A stretch of 64,000 nt of DNA from an uncultured Gemmatimonadales bacterium (GCA_963809895.1 CAWELD010000010.1:544001-608000); one strand, 5' to 3'. Positions 50,070-61,429 are shown, counted from the stretch's first letter. Numbers and translations are program-made. Notes: generated by a model not told the origin, from the letters alone.

Positions 50070-53000
50070 CTACCGACTCTTCACGAGATCCATGATGTTT
50101 CCGGCCAGCGCGCTGATCGTTCGCACCCGGAAGCCACTTGCGGTGGTTCTGTAGCGTATGATTCTCTGATTTCGCCGGTTCGAGAGAATGGCGATGGAGA
50201 TGCCGTCGTTCACGGCGAGCAAGAGCTCCGAGCGGGCTCCCCGCCAGCTTCCGCCGTGCGAGGCGTACTGGGCGTCCATCTCCCATCCCAGGCCCACGAT
50301 CGGCGCCTCCGAGCCATCGCTCGTGTAGGTGGCGGTGCCCGTCCGGGTATTCCAGAGGCGGCTGGTGCGGGACACGATCTGTCCGTCCAGGGCCGCCCAC
50401 CCGAATCTCGCCAGGTCCACCGCGCTCGACTCGATGCCTCCTCCCAGGACCTTCCAACTGTTGTCGTCGTAGTCCGTCGGTTCGGATGGATTGGAGCTCG
50501 GATCTGCGCGGTTCACCAAGGTGTCGGGGCTCGCGGTCGTATCCATCTGTGTGAAGCGCAGGACGTACGGGCGGGCGCGGTCGTAGTCGGGCCGCGGGCC
50601 GCTCGGAGTGCTCATGGCCCGCAGAGACGTGAGCCCCAGGGGGTCGGAGATCTCCTCCTGGATCAGGGTGGCGACATCGGTCCCGGTCCGGCTCTCCAGC
50701 ACCGCCCCCACGAACGAGTAGCCTGGCGTGGAATAGTGGTAGTTCTCGCCCGGCGTGCAGCCGGGCAGCAGGCCGTTGCCCCACACCTGTTCCAGCGCCT
50801 CGGCGCGCCAGCGGTAGAAACGCTCGCTCGGCGTGTAGTCGATGGTGTTGCCGTTGGCGTCTTTGTCCGTGTAGTGCGGCACACACCCGGTCTTGGCCAG
50901 GAGCTGCTCCACGGTGTGGGTGTGCGTGTCGGGGAGAGTCGCGCACTGCCACGGTGGATCGTCGGACGCGCAGGCCTGGTCGCTGGTGGCGTCGCCGGGG
51001 ATGTACTCCCGTGCAGGCACCAGGTAGTCGGCCGTGGGCCGCGACAGGTCCAGTACGCCCTGCTCCTCCAGGCGCGCGGCCAAGGTCGCACCCACGACCT
51101 TGGAGACCGACGCCAGCAGGTAGACCGTGCCCGACCAGGCCCACTGCTGGTTGAAGCGATCCGCCATGCCGAAGCCCCGGCGGTAGATGACCTCGCCGTC
51201 ATCGATGATCGCCACTGACATGCCGGGCACGTCGGCATCTTCACGGTAGCGCTCGATGAGCGCATCCAACTGACCCCGTACCGGATCGCTGTAGCGGTCG
51301 TCGTTCTCGACCCATAGCCCTGCATAGCGCGGGGGACCGTTGCCCGTGTCGTAGGATTCGTAGTCGATCAGTCGGAAACCCACGTCCACGTTCCGCCGTT
51401 GGTGGTTCACGAACTCCTTGAGTGTCTTGTCGAGTTGGATCCGGACCTCACGCTGCGCTGCGGGGGCCTCGAGGATGGCGGCGTAGCGCCGGCCCGCCGG
51501 GGTCTGCCATGACTCGAGGTCGATGGGTTCGAGTCCGCGGGCGCTGGCCTCGTCCAGCCGGGCCTCGAAGGCGTCCCGGTCCTCTCCGGCGACGTAGTCC
51601 CACTCGGCGCCGGCGCAGCTGCGGTGCCAGACTGCGGTGTAGAGGAGCTGGTCCCCCCTGCGGAACGCATCGAAGGCCACCAGCCGGTATCCGTCGGCAC
51701 GCCGTTGGGCCACCTCGGCGTCGAACTCGTCCGGGCTGATCACCTGGTCCCAGGACCAGTCGATTCCTTCGACGTTGTCGGACCAAATGCCGGCAAGGGT
51801 CAGGGCTCCATCCACCTCGTCGACCTCGACGTCGGTGAGCCGCAGCCCGCGGCTGCGGTAGGTCTGGTTGCGGCTCTCGAACTCGGCGACGGTGAGGCCG
51901 TGGGCCTCCTCCCAGTCGAGGCCCCCGGTGTTGGCCTCCCAGATGAGCGAGTAGTGATCGTCGAGCCCCGGAACGACGGAGCGGTCCACGTCGATCACTC
52001 GCCGGGAGCGGGCCGGGACGGGTTCCCAGGCGGGCAGCGCCGAGCGGATCGAGCCCGGGTCGGGATCGGACTCGGTGAGCCCCCATCCCCAGGCGACGTT
52101 CATGACGTCGTCCAGGAGGCCGGTGGCGACGCAGGCGGCTGGGTTCTCGCTGTCCGCGTCGCCGCCTCCGGCGTCTGGCTCATCCAGCCCTCCGCCAGCG
52201 CCGGCGTCCAAGTCCGCGTCGGGCCGCAGCCACACCTGGATCACCCCGTCCACCTCAACCCGCAGCCGCTCGCCGGCCGTGAGTCGGTATCCCGACGAAG
52301 CGTAGTCCCTGGACGGAGTGAGGGCCCGGAGCTCTTCTCGTCCGATGTCCTGCCAGAGGACGTCGCCCACGCGGTAACGCCCCGATGCGTTCGCGGGCAG
52401 ATAGCGCAGGGTGGCTTTGTCGCCCTCGACCCGGATGCGCATGCCCTCGTTCGCGCCGTCGCCGCTGGTACGGAGTACCCACTCGCCGTCGAGGGAAGGG
52501 CCCGCGCGGTCCCAGGTCTGGTCGTTGCCGGGCCCGTTGGAGTCGATGTCGATGTTGAGGCGGTCGCCGTCCAGCGTCATGCGTGCGCTGTAGTACTGCC
52601 CGTCGCTGCCTCGGACCTGGAGCGTGCCATCGGAGGAGATGTTTTGCCACAGGACGTTGCCTTCGCTGAAGAGCTGGGATCCCTGCGGGGGAATGAAGGT
52701 GAGGGTCGCGCGGTCGCCCTGCACCACGGCGCGCATGCCGTCGTTGCGGGCGTTGTTGCTGTCGAAGCGGCGCCAGTTGCCCTGGAGGGCGGAGGGGTCG
52801 ATGGAGCCGGATGCCTCTGCGGGTGGCTGGTCACCTTCCTCGGCAGCGCCCTCATCATCGGCGCCCTCGTTCTCGGCAGCGCCCTCGTCCTCGGCGGGTA
52901 GCTCCGAACCGCACCCCGTGGCGTCATTCTCGAGGAGGACGTATCGGTCAAAGAGGTCGTTGGCCCCCCGCGGTGCCTCGGCCCAGCAGGAGCTCTCCCC

Positions 53001-53411
53001 CAGCGAGACCGCTCGCTCGGTGCTGCCCTCGGTCCTGCGACGGATCTGGATCCGGTCGCCGCCGCTGGGACCGATGCGGACGTAGATGACCCATTCTCGA
53101 TTGCGCCCACAGGCGCCGGGCGCCTCGAAGCGCATGTCCAGACGCTCGCCGGGTGCGAGACGACGATTCTGAAGATCGGGATCGATTCCGTTGAACTTGT
53201 ACGCGAGCGTGTTGATACCGTCCATGTACACGCGGCCCTCCGGAAGCAGGATCCAGACACTCTCGGAGAGATTGTTCAAGCCCCGGATGGCGAATTGACA
53301 GGCCCGCGCCCCCGGCCGCTCGCCAGCGGGCGCCGCCGCGGACCGGACCGACGCGGGTAGCGCCAACGTCACCGCGGCCAGGGCGGGGAGCCAGCGTCCG
53401 AGCGCCTTCAT
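50070..53411 (-). CDS. Secreted multidomain serine hydrolase (beta-lactamase/PBP-like) with four BTRD1-like repeats
   Basis: Signal peptide; SxxK (LASVSKV), YST and HGG; four ~50-aa repeats ending in YAGLW/YTAVW-like motifs. Confidence 0.8.
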   Translation of the reverse strand: MKALGRWLPALAAVTLALPASVRSAAAPAGERPGARACQFAIRGLNNLSESVWILLPEGRVYMDGINTLAYKFNGIDPDLQNRRLAPGERLDMRFEAPGACGRNREWVIYVRIGPSGGDRIQIRRRTEGSTERAVSLGESSCWAEAPRGANDLFDRYVLLENDATGCGSELPAEDEGAAENEGADDEGAAEEGDQPPAEASGSIDPSALQGNWRRFDSNNARNDGMRAVVQGDRATLTFIPPQGSQLFSEGNVLWQNISSDGTLQVRGSDGQYYSARMTLDGDRLNIDIDSNGPGNDQTWDRAGPSLDGEWVLRTSGDGANEGMRIRVEGDKATLRYLPANASGRYRVGDVLWQDIGREELRALTPSRDYASSGYRLTAGERLRVEVDGVIQVWLRPDADLDAGAGGGLDEPDAGGGDADSENPAACVATGLLDDVMNVAWGWGLTESDPDPGSIRSALPAWEPVPARSRRVIDVDRSVVPGLDDHYSLIWEANTGGLDWEEAHGLTVAEFESRNQTYRSRGLRLTDVEVDEVDGALTLAGIWSDNVEGIDWSWDQVISPDEFDAEVAQRRADGYRLVAFDAFRRGDQLLYTAVWHRSCAGAEWDYVAGEDRDAFEARLDEASARGLEPIDLESWQTPAGRRYAAILEAPAAQREVRIQLDKTLKEFVNHQRRNVDVGFRLIDYESYDTGNGPPRYAGLWVENDDRYSDPVRGQLDALIERYREDADVPGMSVAIIDDGEVIYRRGFGMADRFNQQWAWSGTVYLLASVSKVVGATLAARLEEQGVLDLSRPTADYLVPAREYIPGDATSDQACASDDPPWQCATLPDTHTHTVEQLLAKTGCVPHYTDKDANGNTIDYTPSERFYRWRAEALEQVWGNGLLPGCTPGENYHYSTPGYSFVGAVLESRTGTDVATLIQEEISDPLGLTSLRAMSTPSGPRPDYDRARPYVLRFTQMDTTASPDTLVNRADPSSNPSEPTDYDDNSWKVLGGGIESSAVDLARFGWAALDGQIVSRTSRLWNTRTGTATYTSDGSEAPIVGLGWEMDAQYASHGGSWRGARSELLLAVNDGISIAILSNRRNQRIIRYRTTASGFRVRTISALAGNIMDLVKSR

Positions 53412-53553
53412 CGGGCGAAGGCCGGAGCGAACGCGTGGAACGGGCTCGAGAGGGTTCGGGACTGCATGGGAGGCCTCCTCCGCGCTGGGGCGTATCCGTG
53501 GTCGGCCGCCATAGCGAGAAAGGAGGGGGAGGTCCGCCACCCTCCCGCCGCGT

Positions 53554-56160
53554 TCAGCCCCCGTCCTGCTCCGCGTCGGGGGCTGACGCCTCCGCCTGCC
53601 TGCGGTAGACCGCCGCCTCGTCGGGGCGTCCCCAGGCCTCGTACAATTCGACCACCCGCTGCCGTAGGGTCGGCAGGTACCGGCGGTCGTCAGGATGCGC
53701 GTCGGCGAGCCACTCGTAACTCTCCACCAGCAGCGGCTCGGCTTCGGCGTAGCGGCCCTGCACCGCCAGAGCCCGGCCCAGGGTGCTGCGTCCGACCTGG
53801 TAGCGGAGTGAGCTCAGGTCATCACCCGCGTTCCGGAGAATCTCCATCATCTCGCGCAGGATCCGCTCGGCCTCCGCACCCTCGCCCAGCTCGGCGAGCG
53901 TCCAGCCCAGGCCGTGCATCGGGTAGGCGTGACCCAGCGAATCATCGGGGTATGCCTCTCGCCGCCGCCGGAGCACCTCGCGGTAGAGTGGTGCGGCGCG
54001 GGAGTATTCACCCTTGTCACGAAATCGTCCCGCCACGCTGTTCAGCATGTTGAGCGTATGGGCGTGCTCGGGACCGTGGATGCGGGTCTCGATGGCGACC
54101 GCTTGCTCCAACAGGGAGTCTGCGGCCGCGGGGTCGGACGTCTCCAGCATCAGCGCCAGGTCGTGGAGGGTGGCGGCGACGCTGGCGTGGTCGGAGCCGT
54201 AGACCGAACGACGCAGAGCCAGGGCTTCTCGCAGGCGCTGCTCGCCACCGGTCCGCTCACGTCCGATGGCTGCCGCGTGCAGGGCACTGGCCAGGGCGAG
54301 GCGGGTCTCGATGGAGTCCCCGTGACCCCGGAGAATCTCCACGGCCCGGTCTGCCGCGGCCAACTTCTGCCGTTTGCCCGAGGGCTCGGGCCGGGCCTGA
54401 CCCATGATCTCGGCCCAGGTGGTGAGGGCGGTGGCGAGTCGGACGTCGTCGGGGGCGAGCTCGTCTTCGGCCACGGCCACCGCTTCGTCGGCCACGGCCA
54501 TGGCCTGGTCCAGGTCGTGCTGGGTCGTCGCGGAGGCGAGTCGGTCCAGATCCTCGACCAGGTCACCCGGGTCGTGGGGTCCGCTGCGCCGGAGAGCCAC
54601 CGCCTGAACGAGGGCCTCGCGGCTCTCGTCGAAGAGCCCCAGTCGCTGGTACATCTCGCCGATGGAGGCGAGCACGTCGGCGTGAACCTGGGGCTGCCCC
54701 GCCAATTGGCTGTCTGCGCGGGCGCGGCCGACTTCCAGGAGCCGCCGGGCGGCTGTCGGCGAGGCGTCCTGGGCGTTCGGGTCCGCCATCCGGATCAGGT
54801 CGGTGACGAAGGCCGTGACCGTCTCGGCGCGTGCCGCCGCCGCCTGCGCCCGGTCGCGCTCGACGGTGGCATGCCTCGCCTGTACCACAGCCACCCACGC
54901 CGAGGTGCCCAACGCCATCACCACGACGGCCGCCGCCGCGACGGCGACCCGATGGCGTTGCACGAACTTGGCCGCGCGGTAGCCGACCGTGTCGGGCCGG
55001 GCCGCGACCGGCTGTCCCGCCAGGTGCCGCTCCACGTCGTCCACCAGCGCGGCCGCCGATTCGTAGCGTCGCTCCGGCTCGGAGCGGAGGGCGTGCAGGA
55101 CGATGGTGTCCAGATCGCCTGCGAGCCTGCGGCGGAGCGTGCGGGCCGAACTGCTCCGCCGGGTGGCCGTGTCGGGGCTCACGAGCGCACTGGGGCGGGT
55201 CGGGTCGGCCTCGGTGACCGCGCGCTCCGCCCGCGCCGGCGACAGCGCGCGCACCTCGTAGGGAGGATGTCCCGCCAACAGAACGCAGAGCAGGAGTCCC
55301 AGTTGATACACGTCCGAAGCGGTCGTGATGGCCTCGCCGCGGACCTGCTCGGGGCTCGCCCAGGCCGGTGTGAGTGGTCGGAGGCCCGTACGTGTGACGT
55401 CACCCAGTGGGGTGTCGCTCAGGAGCTTGGCGATGCCGAAATCCAGCAGCTTCACGCGCCCTTCGCGGTCCACCAGGATGTTCGACGGCTTCAGGTCGCG
55501 GTGCACCACCAGGCGTTTGTGCGCCCGCTGGACCGCCCGCGCCACATCGCAGAACAGCGAGAGACGGTCCGCCACCGGGAGGCCGCGACGGTCGCAGTAG
55601 CGGGTGATCGGCTCGCCCTCCACGTATTCCATGACCAGATACGGCAACCCGTCGTCGGTCGTGCCCCCGTCCAACAGGCGCGCGATGTGGGGATGGTCCA
55701 GGGAGGACAGGATCTGACGCTCGCTACGGAAGCGTCGCACCACGTCTTCGGTGTCCAGGCCCCGGCGCAGGATCTTCACCGCCACCTGCTGGTCCCACTG
55801 GCCGTCGGCGCGCTCGGCCAGGTAGACGGTCGCCATTCCTCCGCGGCCGATACGGCGTTCCAGGCGATAGTGCCCGCAGCGCTCGCCGCTCCGATCGAAC
55901 GACGCCGTCTCGTGGTCCTGGCCGGCATCCGGGGTCGGCGCCGGAAAGATCTCCTCCCACGGGAACTCACCCAGGTCCTCGACGGGGGATTCCAGAAAGG
56001 AGGCCGATTCGTCGGCGGCGCGCAGGAGGTCGACGACGTGACTCACCAGTTCCGGATCGCGATTTCGCGCTTCATCGAGGAGCGCGCGCCGCTCCTCCGG
56101 GGGCCGCTCGAGTGCGGCTCGGAACAGGGCGTCCACCTCCTGCCAACGCTCCGCCGTCAT
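53554..56160 (-). CDS. Ser/Thr protein kinase with a TM helix and TPR repeats
   Basis: GRGGMATVY, VAVK, HRDLKPSN, DFG and ASPEQ. Confidence 0.93.
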   Translation of the reverse strand: MTAERWQEVDALFRAALERPPEERRALLDEARNRDPELVSHVVDLLRAADESASFLESPVEDLGEFPWEEIFPAPTPDAGQDHETASFDRSGERCGHYRLERRIGRGGMATVYLAERADGQWDQQVAVKILRRGLDTEDVVRRFRSERQILSSLDHPHIARLLDGGTTDDGLPYLVMEYVEGEPITRYCDRRGLPVADRLSLFCDVARAVQRAHKRLVVHRDLKPSNILVDREGRVKLLDFGIAKLLSDTPLGDVTRTGLRPLTPAWASPEQVRGEAITTASDVYQLGLLLCVLLAGHPPYEVRALSPARAERAVTEADPTRPSALVSPDTATRRSSSARTLRRRLAGDLDTIVLHALRSEPERRYESAAALVDDVERHLAGQPVAARPDTVGYRAAKFVQRHRVAVAAAAVVVMALGTSAWVAVVQARHATVERDRAQAAAARAETVTAFVTDLIRMADPNAQDASPTAARRLLEVGRARADSQLAGQPQVHADVLASIGEMYQRLGLFDESREALVQAVALRRSGPHDPGDLVEDLDRLASATTQHDLDQAMAVADEAVAVAEDELAPDDVRLATALTTWAEIMGQARPEPSGKRQKLAAADRAVEILRGHGDSIETRLALASALHAAAIGRERTGGEQRLREALALRRSVYGSDHASVAATLHDLALMLETSDPAAADSLLEQAVAIETRIHGPEHAHTLNMLNSVAGRFRDKGEYSRAAPLYREVLRRRREAYPDDSLGHAYPMHGLGWTLAELGEGAEAERILREMMEILRNAGDDLSSLRYQVGRSTLGRALAVQGRYAEAEPLLVESYEWLADAHPDDRRYLPTLRQRVVELYEAWGRPDEAAVYRRQAEASAPDAEQDGG

Positions 56161-56194
56161 CGGATGTGCTCGTCCCCCTCGGTTCCTGCCGTGT

Positions 56195-56755
56195 CTACGC
56201 TGGTTCGAGTGCTCGGTACAGGTAGGCCTTGGCCCGCGTCCAGTCCCGCTCGGCGGTGCGGAGCGAGACCCCCAACGCTTCGGCCGCGTCCTTCATCGTC
56301 ATTCCTCCGAAGAAGCGGCACTCGACCAGCTTGCCCAGGCGTGGGTCGCGCTCGGTCAGCGCCTCCAGAGCTTCATTCAGGGCCAGCAGGTCGATGCTGT
56401 CGTCGCCGCCGCCGTCCAGGTCCTCACGCAGGGGGATGCGCACCATCCCCCCGCCGCGCTTCTCGGTTGCGCGAGCCCGCGCGTAGTCGATCAGCACGTG
56501 CCGGATGACCGTGGCCGCTACAGCGAAGAAGTGGGCGCGATCCCGCCACGTGGCCGTGGCCTGGTTGACCAGTTGCAGGTAGGCCTCGTGCACCACGCCC
56601 GTGGTGCTGAGGGTGTGAGAGCCCTCGGAGCGGAGGCGACGGTGGGCGATGCCCCGCAGGTCGTCGTACACCACCGGGATCAGGCGCTGGAAAGCGCCCC
56701 GGTCCCCGCTGGCGCACTCCGCCAGGAGCTGCGTCACGTCGCCAGGAGGCATCAT
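56195..56755 (-). CDS. ECF sigma factor of the kinase-associated (TIGR02999-like) type
   Basis: HTLSTTGVVHEAYL, RAHFFAVAA, KRGG and RFFGG...RDW. Confidence 0.9.
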   Translation of the reverse strand: MMPPGDVTQLLAECASGDRGAFQRLIPVVYDDLRGIAHRRLRSEGSHTLSTTGVVHEAYLQLVNQATATWRDRAHFFAVAATVIRHVLIDYARARATEKRGGGMVRIPLREDLDGGGDDSIDLLALNEALEALTERDPRLGKLVECRFFGGMTMKDAAEALGVSLRTAERDWTRAKAYLYRALEPA

Positions 56756-56920
56756 GGTCTGCTGTCTCCGAAGAGAGAGCCGTGGGCGGGCAAGGTTCTG
56801 CGCGTCGAGGCGCTCGGTCAAGTGCACGGTGAGCCTCGTGCGCGCTCCCGTTCAGGTCCAACGCAAGGCCTGCGCCCATCGCGCCATTCCGTCGCCCCGC
56901 GGGTCTGCGGAGGGTGAGGG

Positions 56921-57910
56921 ATGACGCCGCCGACTCCGCTCGAGACCCTCCGCCGCGCCCTGCGCACCAGGCGCTACAGCTCCAGAACCGAGAAGGCCTA
57001 CGTCGGGTGGGCGAGGCGGTTCCTGCATTTCCACCGGCGCCGCGCGCTGGAGTCGTTGGGCAGGAGAGAGGTGGACGCCTACCTGACGCACCTGGCCGTG
57101 GCGCGCCGCGTGAGCGCGTCCACTCAGAATCAGGCCGCGAGCGCGCTGGTGTTCTTCTTCAAGGCGCTGGGCCGGCCCCTGCCCGGCGGGGGCCGAACGA
57201 TCGTGCGTGCCCGGCGCCCGGCGAGGCTGCCCGAGGTGCTGTCGCCAGGCGAGGTGCGGAGGGTGCTCCGGGAGATGAGCGGGCAGAAGCGCCTTGTGGG
57301 CGCGCTGCTGTACGGCTCCGGATTGCGGCTGAACGAGGCCCTCCGGCTCAGGGTCAAGGATGTACGCCTCGAGCTCCGGGAGCTGGTCATTCGGCAGGCA
57401 AAGGGGCGACGGGACCGGGTCGGCCTCGTGCCGGACCGCCTCCGAGAGCCCCTGGCCCGGCAGATTCGCCGTACCCGCCGCCGGTTCGAGTCCGACCTCC
57501 AGCGAGACGCAGGTTGGGTCGAGCTCCCCCACGCCCTCGAACGCAAATCACCCCGACTCGCCCGATCGTTCGGCTGGCAGTTCATCTTCGGTTCCAGCCG
57601 TCTCAAGAAGGATCCCAGAACCCGCCGCCTCACCCGCCCCCCCATGCACCCCAGCGCCATGCAGCGGGCCGTGAAGGTGGCCGCCCGCCGCGCGGGTATC
57701 GACCGCCGCGTCACCTGCCACACCTTCCGCCATTCCTTCGCCACCCACCTGCTCCGTAGCGGTTACGACATCCGAACCGTCCAGGAGCTCCTCGGCCACA
57801 AGAGCGTCCGCACCACCATGATCTACACCCACGTTCTCAACCGCCCCGGCCTCGGCATCATCAGCCCCCTGGACCGTATGGGCGAGGAGGGCGAGGAGGG
57901 CGAGGAGTAG
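56921..57910 (+). CDS. intI: Integron integrase
   Basis: [39 protein letters not shown] and TMIYTH; integron-specific insert [10 protein letters not shown]...WQFIF. Confidence 0.96.
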   Translation: MTPPTPLETLRRALRTRRYSSRTEKAYVGWARRFLHFHRRRALESLGRREVDAYLTHLAVARRVSASTQNQAASALVFFFKALGRPLPGGGRTIVRARRPARLPEVLSPGEVRRVLREMSGQKRLVGALLYGSGLRLNEALRLRVKDVRLELRELVIRQAKGRRDRVGLVPDRLREPLARQIRRTRRRFESDLQRDAGWVELPHALERKSPRLARSFGWQFIFGSSRLKKDPRTRRLTRPPMHPSAMQRAVKVAARRAGIDRRVTCHTFRHSFATHLLRSGYDIRTVQELLGHKSVRTTMIYTHVLNRPGLGIISPLDRMGEEGEEGEE

Positions 57911-58111
57911 GCCTCGGCACCCGGCCGGAGCCCCGTGCGCGCTGAGGGTCCCGCGATTATCCATGCGAGCCGCCCGCAGCCTCTGGCCCCTCCATCCCCG
58001 GTAGCTCGGGGGCGTTATCCTGCACCCACCGCAAGGAAGCTGACCACGCCGAACCAGACGAGCGCCCGGGCGCTCGGCGACGGAGCCTGCGCCACCCCCT
58101 GGCGTCTAGCA

Positions 58112-58197
58112 TGCGGACGCCGCAAGTTGATCAGAGTTCGCTTCTCTCTGTGCTGCGGACGCGGCGCTGCGGGAGGGTTGGGTAAAGCTCGTTAGGC
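58112..58197 (+). other. Putative attI site
   Basis: Core GTTAGGC at 58191-58197 preceded by GGGTAAA; no attC-like dyad; direct repeat TGCGGACGC at 58112 and 58154. Confidence 0.65.
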
Positions 58198-58219
58198 AGT
58201 ATGCAGAGGCAGGAGGCAC

Positions 58220-59390
58220 GTGATGGACTACGCTCGACATGCCGGCCTGATCATCGTACTCGCTCTTGCCGGGTGCGGCGCGGAAACTCCGGGAGTACCC
58301 GCCACGACGGACTATCACGTGACTCTCGTTGCTGAGATTGGCGGGGGAGAGGGTGAGGGTGCGCTCACCGATGTCTTCGGAGTGGCCGTGTCCCCGGGGC
58401 GGGGCGTCTTCCTGAGTGAGCCGCGCTTCGCCTCGTGTAGTTGAGTTCGACCAGCATGGCCAGTTCACTCGGGTGTTGGGTGGTCGAGGTCGCGGACCCG
58501 GCGAGTTTCAGGTTCCTGGTGGACTGTTCTGGCGAGGTGACTCTCTTGCTGTTCGCCGACTTCACGAGTGGCATCAGCCTCTTCGCACCCGACGGGAGCT
58601 TCGAAGAGCGGATCTCCTTTGTGGTGAACGTGCCGGGGACGCCATTTGGAGGACGCCCAGGCCTGCCACTCGCAGATGGATCCATCGGTGTGGTTGTGCT
58701 CCCAGCGACGAAGCGAGACTGATCCCGGCGACGAGATGTGGTTGAAGACATCTCGCACGGGAACCGTCTTGGACACCTTGGCCCGACTGTCCATGCGGGG
58801 TCGAACGTTCTCGTTCCGAGCGGGGGGCCGACGCCAGATGGGCACGCATCCACTGGCCTGGGCACCGATTATCGCCGTGCCGCCCTCCCTGGAGGCCTTG
58901 GTCATCGTGGAACGCGGTCCTGCCACGACGTCGACCGGAGGGAGCTTCCGCGTCCTGCGCGTGAACCTCGATGGAGATACCATCGCTTCGAACAGATCGT
59001 GTATGTTCCTGTGCCCGTTTCGGACACGATGGTGGATTCGATCGTCGGTGGCATGGCTGGGCGGATGGCGGGGCGCTTCGCTATGTCTCCGTCAGCCCTG
59101 GCCGGGGAAATCAAAGACCAACTCGACTGGCCACCCTACGTGCCGCCGCGTCTCGACGGTGCTGGTTGGAGATGACGGGTCAGTGTGGATCGAGCGAAGA
59201 CGCCTCGGAAAACGGCTCGGTCAAGTGGGAGATCCTGGACGAGAGCTTCGCTGTGCTTGGAGCGGTGGCGCTCCCTTCGAACCTTGAGCCCAAGGTCGTG
59301 TCTCGGGGCGAGTTATGGGCCGTGCAAAAGGACTCCCTGGACGTTCCGACATCTGCTGCGCTTCGAAGATCCGCAAGGGAGCGCGAGTAG
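58220..59390 (+). pseudogene. Cassette 1: 6-bladed beta-propeller lipoprotein with multiple frameshifts
   Basis: SD GGAGG; lipobox LAGC; GGRGRGPGEF, VGDDGSVWIE and DSLDVP fragments fall in different frames. Confidence 0.7.
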
Positions 59391-59419
59391 GCTCACCGGT
59401 GAGATGGCCGCAGACTGCG

Positions 59420-59529
59420 ATCTAACACGGCGTTTGCTACTGCGTGCGTCGACGAGTCGAAAGGGCTCGCGCGCTGAGGCGCGCGGGCGGCATCATGAGG
59501 CACGCAGCAGAATCGCAAATCCGTTAGCG
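59420..59529 (+). other. attC1 (110 bp)
   Basis: R'' ATCTAAC and R' GTTAGCG; dyad CTGCGTGC/GCACGCAG. Confidence 0.88.
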
Positions 59530-59541
59530 TGCGCCGTGTGA

Positions 59542-60052
<511 letters not shown>

Positions 60053-60111
60053 CGATTCGACCACGAAGTATCGCGCCGGATCGCGCGGCCCGTGCCGTTC
60101 GCGGGGGCGCA

Positions 60112-60230
60112 CTCTAACAGGGGTTTGAACCTGACGGAGTAGGCGTGAAGGTCGGACGGTTGTTCGGCTTGCACCTCACAACCGCCGGTTGGCATGTTGC
60201 TCCCGCAGGTTAAACCCAAATCCGTTAGAC
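60112..60230 (+). other. attC2 (119 bp)
   Basis: R'' CTCTAAC and R' GTTAGAC; GGGTTT(G)AACCTG/CAGGTTAAACCC with an extrahelical base. Confidence 0.92.
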
Positions 60231-60263
60231 AGCGATCGATGGGCGATGAAGGAGGCATGCAGT

Positions 60264-61370
60264 ATGAAGACATGGGCCGCTGGGTTCCTGACGGCACTGG
60301 CCATGGTGCCTTCGGACTCTTCAGCGCAAGATGTCAGCCTCCTTTGGGAGTACGGCTCGGAGGCCAACGGCCCCGAAGCCGTTTGGCAATCAATCACTGA
60401 CGCGCAGCTGTGGCGGGGCGAGATCTACGTGCTGGATACGCGCGCCCCCTTGGTTCGGCGCCTGAGTCAGAGCGGCCAGTTCCTGGGCGAGTTGGGTAGG
60501 CGTGGTCAAGGGCCCGGTGAGTTTGCCGTCCCGTTGGGACTCCACGCCTCCGCCGAGGGCCTTATCGTATTCGACGGGGCACCTCCGCGCTGTACGTGGT
60601 TTGACAGCGCAGGAAGGGCCACCAGAACCTCCGCTACCGAGCTTCCCACCGGCTACTCTCTCTTGGCTTGGAGCCAGTCGTTCGATAACGGATGGATCGT
60701 TGGGGCGACGCCCATCATTCAGACTCCCGATGGACGTGACTCTATGCAGCGCGTGCTCGCTTGGAGGGACCCGGATGACCTCCGAGTCCTTGCCGAGTTT
60801 AGATCGCTGGCAGTGGTTGGACGTCTGGGCCAGAATCTCCACCCAACTGCGCTGGCGCCGAAGGCAGGCCCCACTGGCGCCGCGGCGTTGCTCGGTGATT
60901 CGCTCGTGGTGGTCGTAGACGAGTCGGACGGTTTGCGGGTGTTTGGCATCGCACAGGACGGTCCCCAGGTGCGGGCTCGAATCCCCCTCCCAGGGCGGGG
61001 TGGGACGCTCTCGGGCCGAGCTCGCGACCAACTCATGGATAGCGCGGTTTCGAGGCTGGGCGGGGCGATCGCGGTGTCCGACGTCGTTGCCCCAGATCAT
61101 TGGTCGGGCTGGGTCGATGTGGAGGTGGAGGATGTTGGTGTAGTCTGGGTGCGGCGGGGTGGTGGGTTTGGACGAATCAGTTTCGGCGATCATGAGATTG
61201 GTCCGCGGCAGCATTGGGTCAGGGTGCCCCTGGCAGGCGGCCCGCGGGCGGAGATCACGCTGCCGATCGGCGTCGAGGCGATAGGGTTCGCACCCGGCTT
61301 CATCTTCGCTCGTCGCATCGGGGTCTATGGCGAGCAGTATTTCCAGGTCTATTCGGTCGCCCTTCCGTAG
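60264..61370 (+). CDS. Cassette 3: secreted 6-bladed beta-propeller protein
   Basis: SD GGAGG; signal peptide; LGRRGQGPGEF. Confidence 0.8.
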   Translation: MKTWAAGFLTALAMVPSDSSAQDVSLLWEYGSEANGPEAVWQSITDAQLWRGEIYVLDTRAPLVRRLSQSGQFLGELGRRGQGPGEFAVPLGLHASAEGLIVFDGAPPRCTWFDSAGRATRTSATELPTGYSLLAWSQSFDNGWIVGATPIIQTPDGRDSMQRVLAWRDPDDLRVLAEFRSLAVVGRLGQNLHPTALAPKAGPTGAAALLGDSLVVVVDESDGLRVFGIAQDGPQVRARIPLPGRGGTLSGRARDQLMDSAVSRLGGAIAVSDVVAPDHWSGWVDVEVEDVGVVWVRRGGGFGRISFGDHEIGPRQHWVRVPLAGGPRAEITLPIGVEAIGFAPGFIFARRIGVYGEQYFQVYSVALP

Positions 61371-61429
61371 TCGGCCGCCGGATCGAGGCCCGCTGTCTAA
61401 CCAGCGTATCTGGACTCCCCCGACAGCAG

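Noticed and set aside
47911..51144. 1077-aa ORF as one protein
   Set aside because: Only the last ~240 codons look real (lipoprotein); the rest overlaps the OmpA and hydrolase genes out of frame.
57881..57907. 9-bp triple repeat at the end of intI as a recombination site
   Set aside because: It simply encodes a GEE-repeat acidic tail.
58100..58197. attC site ahead of the first cassette
   Set aside because: No proper RYYYAAC box or dyad symmetry; better read as attI.
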